Assembly (NCBI RefSeq): GCF_018350175.1
Contig: NC_058368.1
Location: forward strand, 32,428,001-32,492,000
DNA: 64,000 bases
Direction of reading: 5' to 3'
DNA from: Felis catus
Taxonomy: Eukaryota
Within the stretch, counting starts at the first letter, position 1, and each line of letters opens with the position of its first letter. Shown piece after piece: positions 13,701 to 29,110 of the stretch. The position numbers and the translations under genes were made by a program. The notes below the pieces were generated by a model. The model was not told where the DNA came from. It searched no databases and worked only from the letters and a program-made list of their open reading frames with translations.

Positions 13701-14693
13701 CCTCCCCAAAGTGTGGACATTACGTGCTCACGATCTGACTACAATGATGACGCATATGTGTCTCCTGCTTTTCCATAGTGCCTTCTATCTTTTTCTCCTT
13801 CCTGGTAGTTTTATAGAGCCAGGGAATTTAGGAAGTATACCGTGATCACCTCTTCGTTCTAATAAAATGTCCTGACTCCAACTGACCTTGTCTTTATAAA
13901 AATGGGTTACTTTTGGCATTTCTTTGGCCTTAATTCTGTTTCAATGGAGAAAGCACTAGTAAACACCCTATTTTCTTATGGAGATCAATATGTATTCTGG
14001 CTTTTACTTTGGACTATTCTAATTTGAATTGATATTCAAACTTTATAAGTTTCTATAGCCCAATGAAATGCAATTTGGTGAGTATTTATATACATTTTTA
14101 GGAAGTTTGTGTTTCACGTAACCATAAATAAATAATGTATAATCTATGAATGTATTATTGCCATTATCACTGAATTCTAGATTATCAGATTAAATTTATA
14201 ATACACAATTTAATATGCTAAAACATTTTCTTCTTTTTTGTTATGACAATTATTATAGTATATAAAGTATTTAGTTTCTCTGCTCTTAAACTATATTTGA
14301 CATAGACATAGATTTTTTTTTTAGAAACTTTGATATATTTCTCTGTATTATGTAAGGAGTAATCTGTTATTTTGATAATTAAATATTATATGATATTTCA
14401 TTTCCAGAAAAAAATATATAAAACTGCTTTCTGGATAGATAAAATTTTCTTTTATGCAATTAATTTTAACTTTTAGTTTATTTTTCAATTAACAACATAG
14501 AGAATCATATTTTCAGTTTGTTGTTGTTATCCATCCCTCCTTTGAAGGATTTTGCTTTCATTGAGAAAAAATTAATTGAATTTTAATAATGTAGAAGAAA
14601 AACACACATTTTAATTTCAATAAATTGATTTATTTCTGATAAGTAACATTAAAATTTTAAGGACGTAATGCTTATATGAAGATGTAAAGCCTA

Positions 14694-14910
14694 GGGGTGG
14701 CTCAGTCGGTTAATCATCTGATTCGACTCAGGTCATGATATCACAATTCCTGGGCTGGAGCCAGGCATCAGGCTCTGTGCTGACAGCTCAGAGCCTGGAG
14801 CCTGCTTCAAATTCTGTGTCTCTCTCTCTCTGCCCTTCCACCGCTCATGCTTTCTCTCTCTCTCTCTATCACTCTCTCTCAAGAATAAACATTAACACTA
14901 ATTTTTAAAT
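14694..14910 (+). mobile_element. Can-SINE (slightly 5'-truncated)
   Basis: ggggtggctcagtcggttaa head, CT linker, aataaacattaa tail; short gcctag repeat on both flanks. Confidence 0.9.
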
Positions 14911-15197
14911 AATGCCTAGATCTATTTTTACTTGAGGCTTCCTTACCTTGAGATATAAATTGAAACCATCACTCAGTGATACTTGAGCCAAAATTCATGT
15001 GAATCTTGTGAATTCAGCAATTTAGCTCCATCTATAGTTTTTCGGTCTACCAGTATTACTGGAATGAAATAATGATTCTCTCTATATGTGGAAACGTTAA
15101 TACAGATGATGTTTAAAAATCTCTTCTGATCTTTGTTTTCCCAAAATTCAAATTTTGTCATAAAATAGAACATTTCAATCAGATTAAATTAATGAAT

Positions 15198-15358
15198 TAT
15201 CTATATCTATATCATCTATATCTATATCTATATAAAGATACCTATATCTATATCATCTATATATATGATGATATATATAGATGATATAGATATAGATGAT
15301 ATAGATGTAGATGATATAGATATAGATATAGATATAGATAGATATAGATAGATAGATA
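15198..15358. repeat. (TATATC)n / (GATATA)n inverted microsatellite with a perfect 25-bp stem
   Basis: Arm 15242-15266 is the exact reverse complement of 15271-15295; 4-nt loop gatg. Confidence 0.9.
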
Positions 15359-16097
15359 TTTTTTTCCCCTTTGGCATTACTCATGACAGGGTGTTACGTT
15401 TTTCTAGTATAAGAATCTGATGTAGGCTGCCCATGTATTTTTTTTTATGATTTTGGTAGTAATTTTACTGTATGTATACATCAATTGGGAAAAATGACAT
15501 ATTTTCAACATAAAGCCTTCATTCTTTGAACGTGGATTTTAATGAACCAAGCCCAATGCACCTGTAGACTCAAATACCTGAGTAGATCATGTACTCCTAC
15601 AGTGAGCTGGCATGTTCATATGATCATGTGTTAATGTGTTTTTAGGATATAGTTCTTAAATCTTATTGTTCATTTTTTTGATATATGAACAAGTTTTCAA
15701 AATCAATCATTTATTTATTTACCTGTTTACAAGCTAACTTCCTTTGTAATCAGAAGTACTGATTTTATACTATAGTATCACTCTGAGTATGATCTGAGTA
15801 TCATCACTTTTAGTACTGCTACCTTTTTAATTTGGTAAATATAGCTCTGTCAATTTTATCATTGCATTATAAAGTTCATAGGATCAGGTTAGATATTTTT
15901 AAAAGCATATTTTTAATGTATTGTTCTTTTGGAGTAATAATTTTAATACACTCTATTCAGTTATTTTGCATTGTAAAATTCACATTTTCTTAAGGAAATT
16001 CTTTGCTTTCACTTGAAATCTCTTTGAAAAGAATACCTTTATCATATTGCATTGTAGTACTTTTAATATATGATATACTTAAATAATACTGGGTCTA

Positions 16098-16322
16098 GGG
16101 GCGCCTGGGTGGCGCAGTCGGTTAAGCGTCCGACTTCAGCCAGGTCACGATCTCGTGGTCCGTGAGTTCGAGCCCCGTGTCAGGCTCTGGGCTGATGGCT
16201 CAGAGCCTGGAGCCTGTTTCCGATTCTGTGTCTCCCTCTCTCTCTGCCCCTCCGCCGTTCATGCTCTGTCTCTCTCTGTCCCAAAAATAAATAAACGTTG
16301 AAAAAAAATTAAAAAAAAATAT
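16098..16322 (+). mobile_element. Young Can-SINE (SINEC_Fc-like, CpG-rich)
   Basis: ggggcgcctgggtggcgcagtcggttaagcgtccgacttc; perfect TSD taatactgggtcta at 16084-16097 and 16323-16336. Confidence 0.97.
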
Positions 16323-16504
16323 TAATACTGGGTCTATTATTTGCTTAAAAATCCTCATGTAATAAAGGAAACTAAAATTATAGATAAATAAGATAGGAAC
16401 TAAAACCAGTAACTTAGAAAAAAAGGATATAATCAATCACTTAATGACCATTACGTAGGGAAATACTATATTTGCTGCAATAAGGGATTTGCCATATATT
16501 GTTA

Positions 16505-16720
16505 CCACACATTTATAAAATACCTGGTTCTGTTTTCACACACCTGAAATTGTTAATCTTCACAATAATATAGTGATGTAGATATTATTATCTTCCTTTT
16601 ACAAATAAGGAAATAAAACACAGGAATATTATATAACTTGTCCAAGTTCAGTTAGAAGGAAAAAACAGCTAAGATTCACACTCAAATAGCTTGTATCCTT
16701 ATCTATATAGCTCTATACTG
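16505..16720 (-). mobile_element. MIR remnant
   Basis: MIR core-like text attattatcttccttttacaaataaggaaataaaacacag...ataacttgtccaagttca. Confidence 0.6.
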
Positions 16721-18526
16721 TCCCTTCGTAAGATGCCTAAGTAGTTTTAATTCATTATGTGTTTCTATTAATTTTTAAATTATTTCTTGGTAAGTGAAAA
16801 ATGTGTTCTCAAGCTCATAGTTATATAATTAATTCAGTCACAATTCAACAAGTAAAGTCTATTGATATTTCAGATTCGTGGAAAAACTTATGACTTTGGC
16901 AAAATATATATTAAACACATACAATTGGGAAGAATTGTTTTTTATGTATGTTACTACTTTTTGGGTTTACCTAACATTGCACTATAATTATTAGGGAAAC
17001 ATTTATGTCCCAACTTCATGTAACAAAGTTTACCGAATTAATTACTACCGTGTAGCATGTAAAGCACTTGGTCAGTTTAGCTTGAACCTGTGCTGAGTGC
17101 AAGTGCTGACCAGCCCTCTGCTCTCAGTCAGGTGGTGGAATTTCTGTATAACCTTCTCCTAGGCCTTCAGCACTAACTCCAGTTTTTTCTTTTAGTACTC
17201 TAATTAAGTCAAGGCTCTGTAGACATATTTTCTATTCCAACTAAAAAAACAAGTATAGAAAGGGTTTTCAATTTTATATTCCCCACTCCCCAGCATTATA
17301 TAATTGAAATTATGTGTTTGCTTTCTAATATGAACCAAGAAAAGGACAAATTTCAGCAGAAAAATGATGTGGTATATATTCCCGACATGCTTGACCGATA
17401 AATAAAAATAAAAACTGAGTAAAAAAAAATTACATATCTAACCTTATCCATGACACAGAAGCATGATAAGCCAGAAAAGCATATTGATCACTGTGCACAA
17501 GGCTTTCTTTTTGTTTTTCTCTCTCTCTATTTACTTTTTTCCCCTTAACTTCCACTAAAATATTTTTGAAGTGCCATCCTTAAGGAAGGATTTTTGAAAA
17601 TCATTAATAGCTCAAATGTGGTTAATATGGCATATGTGATCAGAATAAGCAGACATTGGTGAACCTTTAGCTCATGATTAAGAGTTTTTAACTTCTGTCC
17701 TTGAGTCTCACAATAGCATCTCATTTCTTTTCATCCTCCTAGATTATGCTCCTTGAGCTCTTTTCTGTAAACACCAATCACTTGAAAATGAATATCCAGA
17801 AGATTAGCCATTTCAAGAGTCGTATGTCCTACCTTACTAAAATATGCTAATATAGAAAATTCTAAAGGATGGAGTTTTGTTTTTTTTTAATCTTTGGATT
17901 TTTTTTCCATTCACTGCAAATATCACCACTAAATACTGAAGTATTATTGCAGGCATATTTTTTATATATAGCAAACATTAAAATCTGTGATTTAGTTAAA
18001 TTTTTCTTAGACTCCAAGATTGCCTGTAAAAATTATATAAGACGAACTCACATTCATGACAGATTTATTAAGGACAAGTGATATATTAAAACCTTGGAAG
18101 TTATATTTTACATTAAAGGTAAATTAAAACCATAAATTAAATGTGTGCACAGATGAGCCCGGTCTTAGCAAACAGTAATCAGGTTCTGTTTAATTTTCCT
18201 GTACTAGATAGATTCATCAAGACTCACTGAGTCTCTCTAGTAATTTTCCACATTCCCCTTATGTCTGACATTTGCTTCATTAGAATCAGGTCTCCTTGCA
18301 ATCATAAGGCAAAACACATTCTTATATTAAGGAGAAAGGATGGCATTGCTATTACAATATTTTAATCTGGAAAACATATATCTGCTGTTCTCTGTAATGA
18401 CATATTTGGGAAGTCAAATAGCCTTTAGAGAGAGGTTTACTGTAATAAAGTCCGTCTACTCCTTAAATACTTAAATAGGGAATCGAGTTTTGTTTGTAAA
18501 TGTGTGCTTGTTTTAAAATGCACAGA

Positions 18527-20927
<2,401 letters not shown>

Positions 20928-21884
20928 TAAAATGTGCAGAATGTTGTTTCAAAAAATGAGGTCTCCAGATATATAACCATGTTTGAAAAAAAGTATTTTT
21001 GAACAAATTATGACTCAAAAAAAGTTTTAAGACATTATTATTCAATAATTATAAAGCATGACTGAGCAAACTATTTGATACAGGTATGTTTTGACATTTT
21101 ACACAGTTTCTGGATGAATTTTAAATTATTTAAAAATCATCTCTTCATATTTGTTTAATTGATAAATCTCTAATCATGCTGCCATTTTAGATTAAACATT
21201 ACTTTATACATTTCAGTCAAAAGGACTGTGATTTTGAACTTTTTTACTTGTTTATTCTATTCTGAGTTACAGTGTGATTTAAGGTCTATACTTTTCTCTT
21301 TAATAAGGAGTTTACTTAATTAAGTTTTTGGCCACTAAACAAAGAATTATGAATTCACTTAATGGTTTGCAAGTAGCACGATGTAATACTACAAAATCAA
21401 AGCTATAATTTTAGGAACTGTTTTGAATTCTAATTCTGATGATAAATGGGTTTGTATCAAATATTATGTATAGATAGAATCACTATGACTATATGGATTT
21501 GGGAACATATTGTTCAAACAAACATAATAGCTAATATTTCTTGACATATTCAAGGTTAAATGTTGACAGGTGCTGTGCAAACTCTTCACCCTCCTCCTTT
21601 TAAATATTACATGTAAAATGCAACATGAGTAAATGCCACAGGTTAATAGATTTCCATAATCCTGTTCTATGTATAGAATTTTTCAGGTCCCAAGATACAA
21701 TGCAAATAATCCAATTCCCAATACAAAATAAATTATTTTATTAGTGATGTTTTCTGGATTATGCACAGATAAAGTAAATCAATGCTTTTTGTACTTTTTG
21801 TTTCTTTGCTATTGATAAGGGATAATGAAATACAAGCCTTCAGAATGACATGATTTTCAAGCTGTAAAAGACCTACGAAAATAT

Positions 21885-22020
21885 ATACCTGGCCCATAAT
21901 TTTATAGATGAAGAAATGGAGGTAAAGACGTTAACAGACTTGCCTATGTCAAGCTTGCTATCTACGACAGATTTGAGAGAATATCAACATACCTGATTCC
22001 TAAGTCAACGTATTTTCCCT
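21885..22020 (-). mobile_element. MIR remnant
   Basis: ttttatagatgaagaaatggaggtaaagacgttaacagacttgcc resembles the MIR core. Confidence 0.55.
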
Positions 22021-23563
22021 ACAAGATACAACCCTTCCTTTCAGCTAACACAAATGCATAATAAAGGAATGTTTCACATTGATACTATTATTCCTTGAAT
22101 TCAGCCTTTCTGTTTCACAATGATTATGCTGTCTGGATTAACTAGGAAAATAACCATCAGATTTCTTCTTTTTGTTCTGAGTACACAGTTGTTCCAAACC
22201 TACCTTATGTGAAATTTTCTACCTCTACAAAAACCCATTGCATATCAGAAAATTAATTTCTTCCCTTTCTCAGATATTCAGAAATGTCCCAGAAATAATT
22301 GCAGCAAAAGGCTTAAGGAGAGGGCAAGCCATATGTTTAGAAGTTTGCATTTGGTAATAATTTAAGCATTCTTGGTGAAGAATGTTTAAGTATGTGAAAG
22401 ATGTATGCTTTTTCACCTTATATATGATTTCTGAGGAAAGAAAATAGAGAAGATCAAACTTTAGTTCAGGAAAATCCTTCCTTCCTTCCCTCCCCCTCCC
22501 TCCTGATTTGTTTCTCTTCCTCTTCTTTTTTTTCTTGCTTTAAAATATTAATGCAAAGTGAACATGGTGGTACATACTAGAGAATCAATGTTTTCTAAAT
22601 TTATATATGTTCAGTACAGCATGACTAAAAATAAATAATCAGAATATTTACATACCTTAATTCGTAACTACTAAAATTGGAAGATTAAAACTATATGTAT
22701 ATAATTTTAGAAGAGAAGTTCAAATGACATAACATTCAATATATACTTTAGCTTAACTTTACATTCTGAACCCTCAGCTTTCAAATGAAATATCAAAACA
22801 TTTTTCCTTATGGTTATTTAAATGGAGAGCAAACATTCCCAAAACTGTGTAGTGTGGGATTTAATTAGGGGAGATTAATGGTCGTTTGGTCCCTTGAACT
22901 TAGTAGTTTGTTCCCTGAAAGTTAGAAATATGAAAAACTAGGTCCTCAGGCTTTTCTTCTTCAAGTTATAAATAATCCCCAAACAAGCATACTAGCTGTA
23001 AAAAAGAAAAAAGGGGGGAAAACAGAGACAATAAAAGTCTACATACTCTTCAAATACCTGCATTTCTAATCCAATGAATAATAAGGCAACTGGTCCCCTT
23101 ATTACCACTGAGCAGGAGGTGGTCAATGAGGAAATCTCTAGAGATCCACGTATTGCCAAACTATTAAGATTATCTCCTTCACAGCCCCAGGACTGAAAGC
23201 CATGTCACTAGGTACATATTTTTTTAAAATTATGATTTATTAATCTTTTTACTCATTTCCTCCCACTCAAAAATAAAAGTAAGGAAACTATCTGATTTCC
23301 TAAATAATGGCTATTGAGAATCATTTAGATTTTTATTATTAATATACAATGCCGAAGAAAAACTCTGCAACAAAGTAATTCCAGAGAATTTCTTACCTAG
23401 CCATATCCATCAACCAGCTCTATCTCTGAGTTATCATATTCAGTCAGTTTCATTAAACTTAATTGTGAAAAAAAGATAAAGTAATATAGGGTTTTACCTT
23501 TTCTCTTCATTTCCATATACTATGAAAACAATTCACTGAAGTTTCTACAAGTCTACTATCTAC

Positions 23564-23895
23564 TGTTTTAGTCCATTCAGGCTGCAATAACAAAATGCCA
23601 CAGACTGGGCACTGTATACACACTAGATAATCATTTCTCCCAGTTCTGCTGGAGTTGGAAGTCTGAGACCAGGGCGCCATCATGGTCAAAATGAGTGTTC
23701 TTGTGTCCTCACATGGCAAAAGGGGCCAGGAATCTCCTTGAAACCTCTTTTATAAGGCATTAAACCCCATTCAGCAGGGTTCCATCTCTATGACTTAAGC
23801 ATTTCTGAAAGGTCCCACCTACTAATACCATCACCTCCAGAGGTTAGGATTTCAACATGCGAACTTTGGGGGATAAAGACATTCAGAGCATAGCA
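23564..23895 (-). mobile_element. MaLR solo LTR (MLT1A/B-like)
   Basis: TG...CA termini; typical MLT1 motifs (ggctgcaataacaaaatgccacagactggg; gttaggatttcaacatg; acattcagagcatagca); 5-bp TSD tctac/tctgc. Confidence 0.85.
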
Positions 23896-24287
23896 TCTGC
23901 TATGAGATTTGAATTCTCATTTGCCTTATAGGTTGCTTATAAGAAAATTACTTTACTTCTTTGTTTCATAGTATCTTTAGTATTCTACAATATTTTTTTT
24001 TCTGGCAATGCTGTTATGAGATCAATTAGATTATATAAATACCAAATTTCAGTGATACTTTGGTATGCATTGATGGCAAAATTAGGTTTTGCCTCTTTTT
24101 AATGACTTACACTTCCTTGTTTAACTCTAAAATTAAAGCAGTTAATATTAAATGTCTTTTCAGGTGTCCATTGGTAAATTCTGTTATAAGACAGAAATTT
24201 TGTCTGTCTTATTTGTGTTGACTCCCCTTGTAGTAGATTCCTGGCACTTAGTAAAATTTCAATGAACATATAGCAAATAAATAATTC

Positions 24288-24713
24288 TGGGGTTTCCAGT
24301 TCTGCATGTCAGGAGCTTGGAAGGTACCACTCCATCCTAACAACAAGTAAAAAAGCTGAAGAGACCGACAAAATTGTCACTCTTCTACAATCCCTTAGAA
24401 AGGTGAAGACACAAGGCAAACCACTGTCCCTAAGAGAATCTGACCAACAAACAAATACACAGAATAACAAACTTAGCAGAGTACAGACTCCAGCAGAAAC
24501 TGCTGCAGGAACCAATGCCAGGGTAAGAGACCTGAGCTGTAATTGCCAAATTGCTGGAGGCTCAGTGTGTGCAACTCAGTGTTAAAAACTCCACAGGGAG
24601 GGGTGCCTGGGTGGCTCAGGCTGTTAAGCATCTGACATTGGCTGAGGTCATGGTCTTATGGTTTGTGAGTTTCAGCCCATGTCCTGTGAGCTCCAGCCTC
24701 GCTTCACTTTGGG

Positions 24714-24755
<42 letters not shown>

Positions 24756-26590
24756 CCCCTCTCTCACTGTCTCTGCAACTCGCTCACTTGCAAGCTCTCT
24801 CTCTCTCTCTCAAGCAAAAACAAAACACTCCATGGGGAACCCAGTCCTTGGGGGACACCCACAATATGAGGTTTATCTCTAGAGGCTCAACCAGGTTCTC
24901 ACTAATCCCTTGCAGCTTCCGGCAGGGGTAAGGAAAAAGGAGCTATTTTGAAATATACCAGACATGGCCTGCCCTTAGGAGAAACTGTTTAACCTGATGA
25001 GATATTATCAGAACTAATTTACCTGGGAGAAGGAAAAACCCAACTTCATACTACTTTAGCCCACGTGTCTCATCCAAGGAAGTGGGGGGAGGGTAAGAAA
25101 AAAATGAAAACACTTGTAATGTTCACAGTCCTGAGGCATAGGCTCATTAAAAACCTGAGACCTGATCACAGGACTGTAGAATGCTCCCCCACCCCCCACA
25201 CATCTCGCTATCACATTACTAAAGGCCTATTTACAGCAGTTCTTACCAGTCTCTCCTGTCTGACTAAAAAGAAAAATTATAAGACATACCTAAAGGCAAA
25301 AAAAAAAAAAAAAAAAAAAAGAAACCAAACAAACCAAAAAACCCACACAATTTGAAGAGACAGAAGCAGACATGACAAGGATGTTGGAATTATCAGAAGG
25401 AGAATTTAAAACAATTCTGACTAATATGCTAAGGGATCTCATGGATAAAATAGCAGCATCCAAGAACAGATAGGCAAAATAAACAGAGATGGAAATCCTA
25501 AGAAAGAACCAAAAATTTTTTGTAGATAAAAAAATCACTGTAACAGAAGTGAAAACTGACTTTGATAGGTTTATTAGACTGGAAAGAGTTTCTGGTCTTA
25601 AAGATATCTCGATAGAAACTTCCCAAACTGTAAAGCAAAGGGAACAAAGACTGAAAAAGAATAAGATAGAATATCCAAGTACTGTGGGGTAGCAATAGAA
25701 GGTATAACATAGGATAATAGAAATACTAGAAGGAGAAGAAAAAAAAGAAAGGATCAGAAGAAATATTTAAGACAATAATGACCAAGAATTTCCCCAAATT
25801 AATGTCAGACACCAAACCACAGATCTAGGAAGCTATGAAAACATAAAACAAGATAAATGCAACAACAACAACAACAAAAAAAAAACTACATGTAAAAATA
25901 CTATTTTCAAAATACATTTATGCAAAAGATGTGAGTTGAGAATTTATATCCACATAAAATAGGGATGTTTACAGCAGCTTTATTCATAATTGCCAAAACT
26001 TAGAACCAATCAAGATGTTCTTCAATAGGTGAGTGAATACATAAACTGTGGTACATACAGACAATGAAATTTTATTCTGTCATTCAGTGCTAAAAAGAAA
26101 TGAGCTATCGAGCCATGAGAAGTCATGGAGGAAACGTAAATGCATAATTACCAAGTGAAAGAAGTTAATCTAAAAGCCTATATACTATATGACATTCTAT
26201 AAAAGCTAAACTATGGAGGCAATAAATAGATCACTGCTTTCCAGGAACTGGGCTTGGGAGTGAGGAGGGATGAATAGAATAAGCACAGAGAAATTTTATG
26301 GCACTAAAAATATCCTGTATGATATTATAATGATAGACATATATTTTTATACATTGGTCCAGAACCATACAATGCACATCAAGAACAAGCCCTAATGTAA
26401 ACTATAGATGAACTTTGTGTGACTACAATGTGTCAACATCAGTTTATCAACTGTAATAAATGTGCCATTCTAGGTGAAGGAAGTTGATAATGGGGGGAAG
26501 GCTCTACATGTGTAGGAACAGGAGATTTATGGGAAATCTCTGCATCTTCCTCTCAGTTTTTCTGTGAACTTAAAACTATCTATAAAAGTC
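24288..26590 (+). mobile_element. Ancient L1M (L1MC-like): 5'UTR and ORF1 remnant joined to the ORF2 tail/3'UTR
   Basis: 5' end gagcttggaag...acaacaagtaaaaaagctgaa; ORF1-like lysine-rich remnants ~25350-25900; 3'UTR ccctaatgtaaactat...gggaaatctctgcatcttcc. Confidence 0.75.
24600..24824 (+). mobile_element. Can-SINE inserted in the L1M 5'UTR
   Basis: gggtgcctgggtggctcagg head, long (CT)n and A-rich tail. Confidence 0.88.
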
Positions 26591-26596
26591 CTTTAA

Positions 26597-26760
26597 GGGA
26601 AGCCTGGGTGGCTCAGTCAGTTAAGAATCTGACTCTTGTTTTCAGCCCAGGTCATGATCTCATGGTTCATGAGTTCGAGCCTCACATTGGGCTCCACACT
26701 GACAGTGCAGAACCTGCTTGGGATTCTCTCTCTCTACCCCTACCCGAATTGCACATGCAT

Positions 26761-26803
<43 letters not shown>

Positions 26804-26826
26804 ATAAATAAATAAATTAAAAAAAT
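26597..26826 (+). mobile_element. Can-SINE
   Basis: TSD aaagtcctttaa at 26585-26596 and 26827-26838. Confidence 0.93.
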
Positions 26827-27548
26827 AAAGTCCTTTAAAGTAATAATAATGATATACTAGTTTTATTATTATTATAAATGTTACTACTTATTATCATTTT
26901 ATATTACAAATATTATTATTATTATGAAGCATATACATTTCTTTCTATATGCTACTGCCAACTCAAATAGGTAATATCATGCTCACAAATTTAAGAATTA
27001 TATATATATATATATATAATACATATATATAATGCTATAAAAGTTAAGAGGATAAATGTAAATTTATTATGCTATCATAGTGAAGCAATGGAAAACCAGT
27101 TGTAAATAAATTTACTTTGGTAATACTGAGATATTCATTTAAAATTTACTTTTCCAAAATTATAGCTGAGTTAATACATGTATAATTATCTCTATTTAAG
27201 AACATCTGGAGAAATTGAAGTGTTCTTATGCTGAGGTGAAAAATACATGTAACATGACAGGGCTTAGATTACAGCACTGGCTATGTGTCCGAAATCCTTC
27301 TTTCTACTCTCCATATGAAACTCTGTCCCTCCCCACCGTATTTTGCACTGAATCCAGTGAAGTTACTTGAATTCATATGTTCACCCCAAAATCGAACCAG
27401 TTTTCTTGGCTTCACCTCCAGGGTGAACAATGACTTCTCTACTGAAGTGGACTTCTTTACCTCTAAGTTTAGATTTTAACTAGATATGATTCTGGAAATT
27501 GAGGTATAGGACAACTTTAACCTAGGCATTTTGTTTTTAAAGTGTTTT

Positions 27549-27737
27549 GGGGCACCTGGGTGGCTCAGTCAGCTAAGTGTCCAACTTTTTTGGTTTCGTC
27601 TCAGGTCATGATTTCCCGGTTTTGTGGGTTCCAGCCCCGCATCAGGCTCTGTGTTGACAGCTTAGAGCCTGCTTGTGACCCCCTGTCTCTATTTCTCTTA
27701 AAATAAATAAATAAACTTAAAAAAATTCAAAATAAAC
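27549..27737 (+). mobile_element. Can-SINE
   Basis: TSD agtgttttg at 27541-27549 and 27738-27746. Confidence 0.92.
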
Positions 27738-28919
27738 AGTGTTTTGCCAAAGATATCATTCCCTGTTGTTCTTATACCTCTGCAGTGTAAATAGTATAAC
27801 CACTACGTCAATATACCAAAGATCTCCCTAAGGCCTAATTTAATAAAGAATGAGTATTTTTTCATTTCTGATACAAGTATCAAAAAATAATTATGATGAG
27901 ATGTTGCCTACAAGATGACCCTTAGCATGGATGCTTTGAGAATTTGTCATTGTTTTTTTATAGTGATACTATTATAGTAAAAATAATAAAATGCTAAGTA
28001 CTAGGAGGAAGAGAAATGGTATGATTTAAATTATAATATTTTTGTGAGACTCTAGATTAATATACTCTGATTACATGTGGCATTTAATTAATTTATTTCA
28101 TTTTTTTCATTTCAATACCTGCATTACAAAAATGTCATTAATATAGCACTTTCATTCAGATCACCAAATATTGAGTGATGTTAGAAATTTGCAATCATGT
28201 GCTAAGCACTAGAGATTTTTAAGAGAATGTCATGATCTTTCTCTCTCTCTTTCCTTGTTCCTTTAGTAGAGTGCAATCTATTGGGGAAGACATCATAATG
28301 AAATCACCATGTATTGCAGTATATAAAATACCTGTACTATATAAATGCAGATTATCAGTGGCAGACAGATACAAAGTGATCAAAGTAGCAGGTATCAGAA
28401 AAGAGACATGGACATTACATATCAGTAGAAATAGAATCTAGTCCAGGCTTTTCCATTGCCTTAATGTGAAAGCTTGAGCAAACAGTTTCACGTTTGATCA
28501 AGTTCCTTTAATCACTAAATTACTGACCAAGAGTTAAAATAGCTGATATTTCTTGGGAAGTTTCACTTTATGTAAAAACCTACTCTGGCTACTCCCATGA
28601 ATATGATGATCTTATTGAGTGAAAACTGAAGCCTTAGAGGTAGCACATAAAGAGAGCATAGCATCAAGGAATCATATCATGGTGCTCTACCCCCTGCTAG
28701 TTAATGCATTCAGCAAGCAAATCACAATACAATTTTCTAAGGTCCCAGAGGGGAAAAAGTGTAATTGTATGAAATAGGATTAAAAAAATGGAAGACAGCA
28801 CATGAATTCAGCTACCTACGTGAGGAAGATAACATTTCCTTTTTTTTTTTTTCATTGCATTTAGACTAGTTTTTGTTAAGGTAGCAACTATTGATAAAAA
28901 CGAAATATAAAAGACATTT

Positions 28920-29110
28920 ACAGTTATAAATAAATCCTAAGGATGTTAAGCACATCATAGGGAGTAGAGTCAATGATATTGTAATAACTGTGTATGGTGA
29001 CAGTAACTAGACTTATCATGTGAGCATTTTGTAATGTATGCAAATGTCAAATAACTAAGTTGTACACCCGAAACTAATAGAATATTGAGTGTCAGCTAGA
29101 ATAATAAAGG
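28920..29110 (+). mobile_element. L1 (L1MA-like) 3'UTR tip
   Basis: atattgtaataactgtgtatggtgacag...gttgtacacccgaaactaatagaatattg; aagacattt repeated on both flanks. Confidence 0.75.

Noticed and set aside
13715..13735. TACGTG..CAC motif resembling a hypoxia response element
   Set aside because: A single short motif is expected by chance; no promoter or CpG-island context
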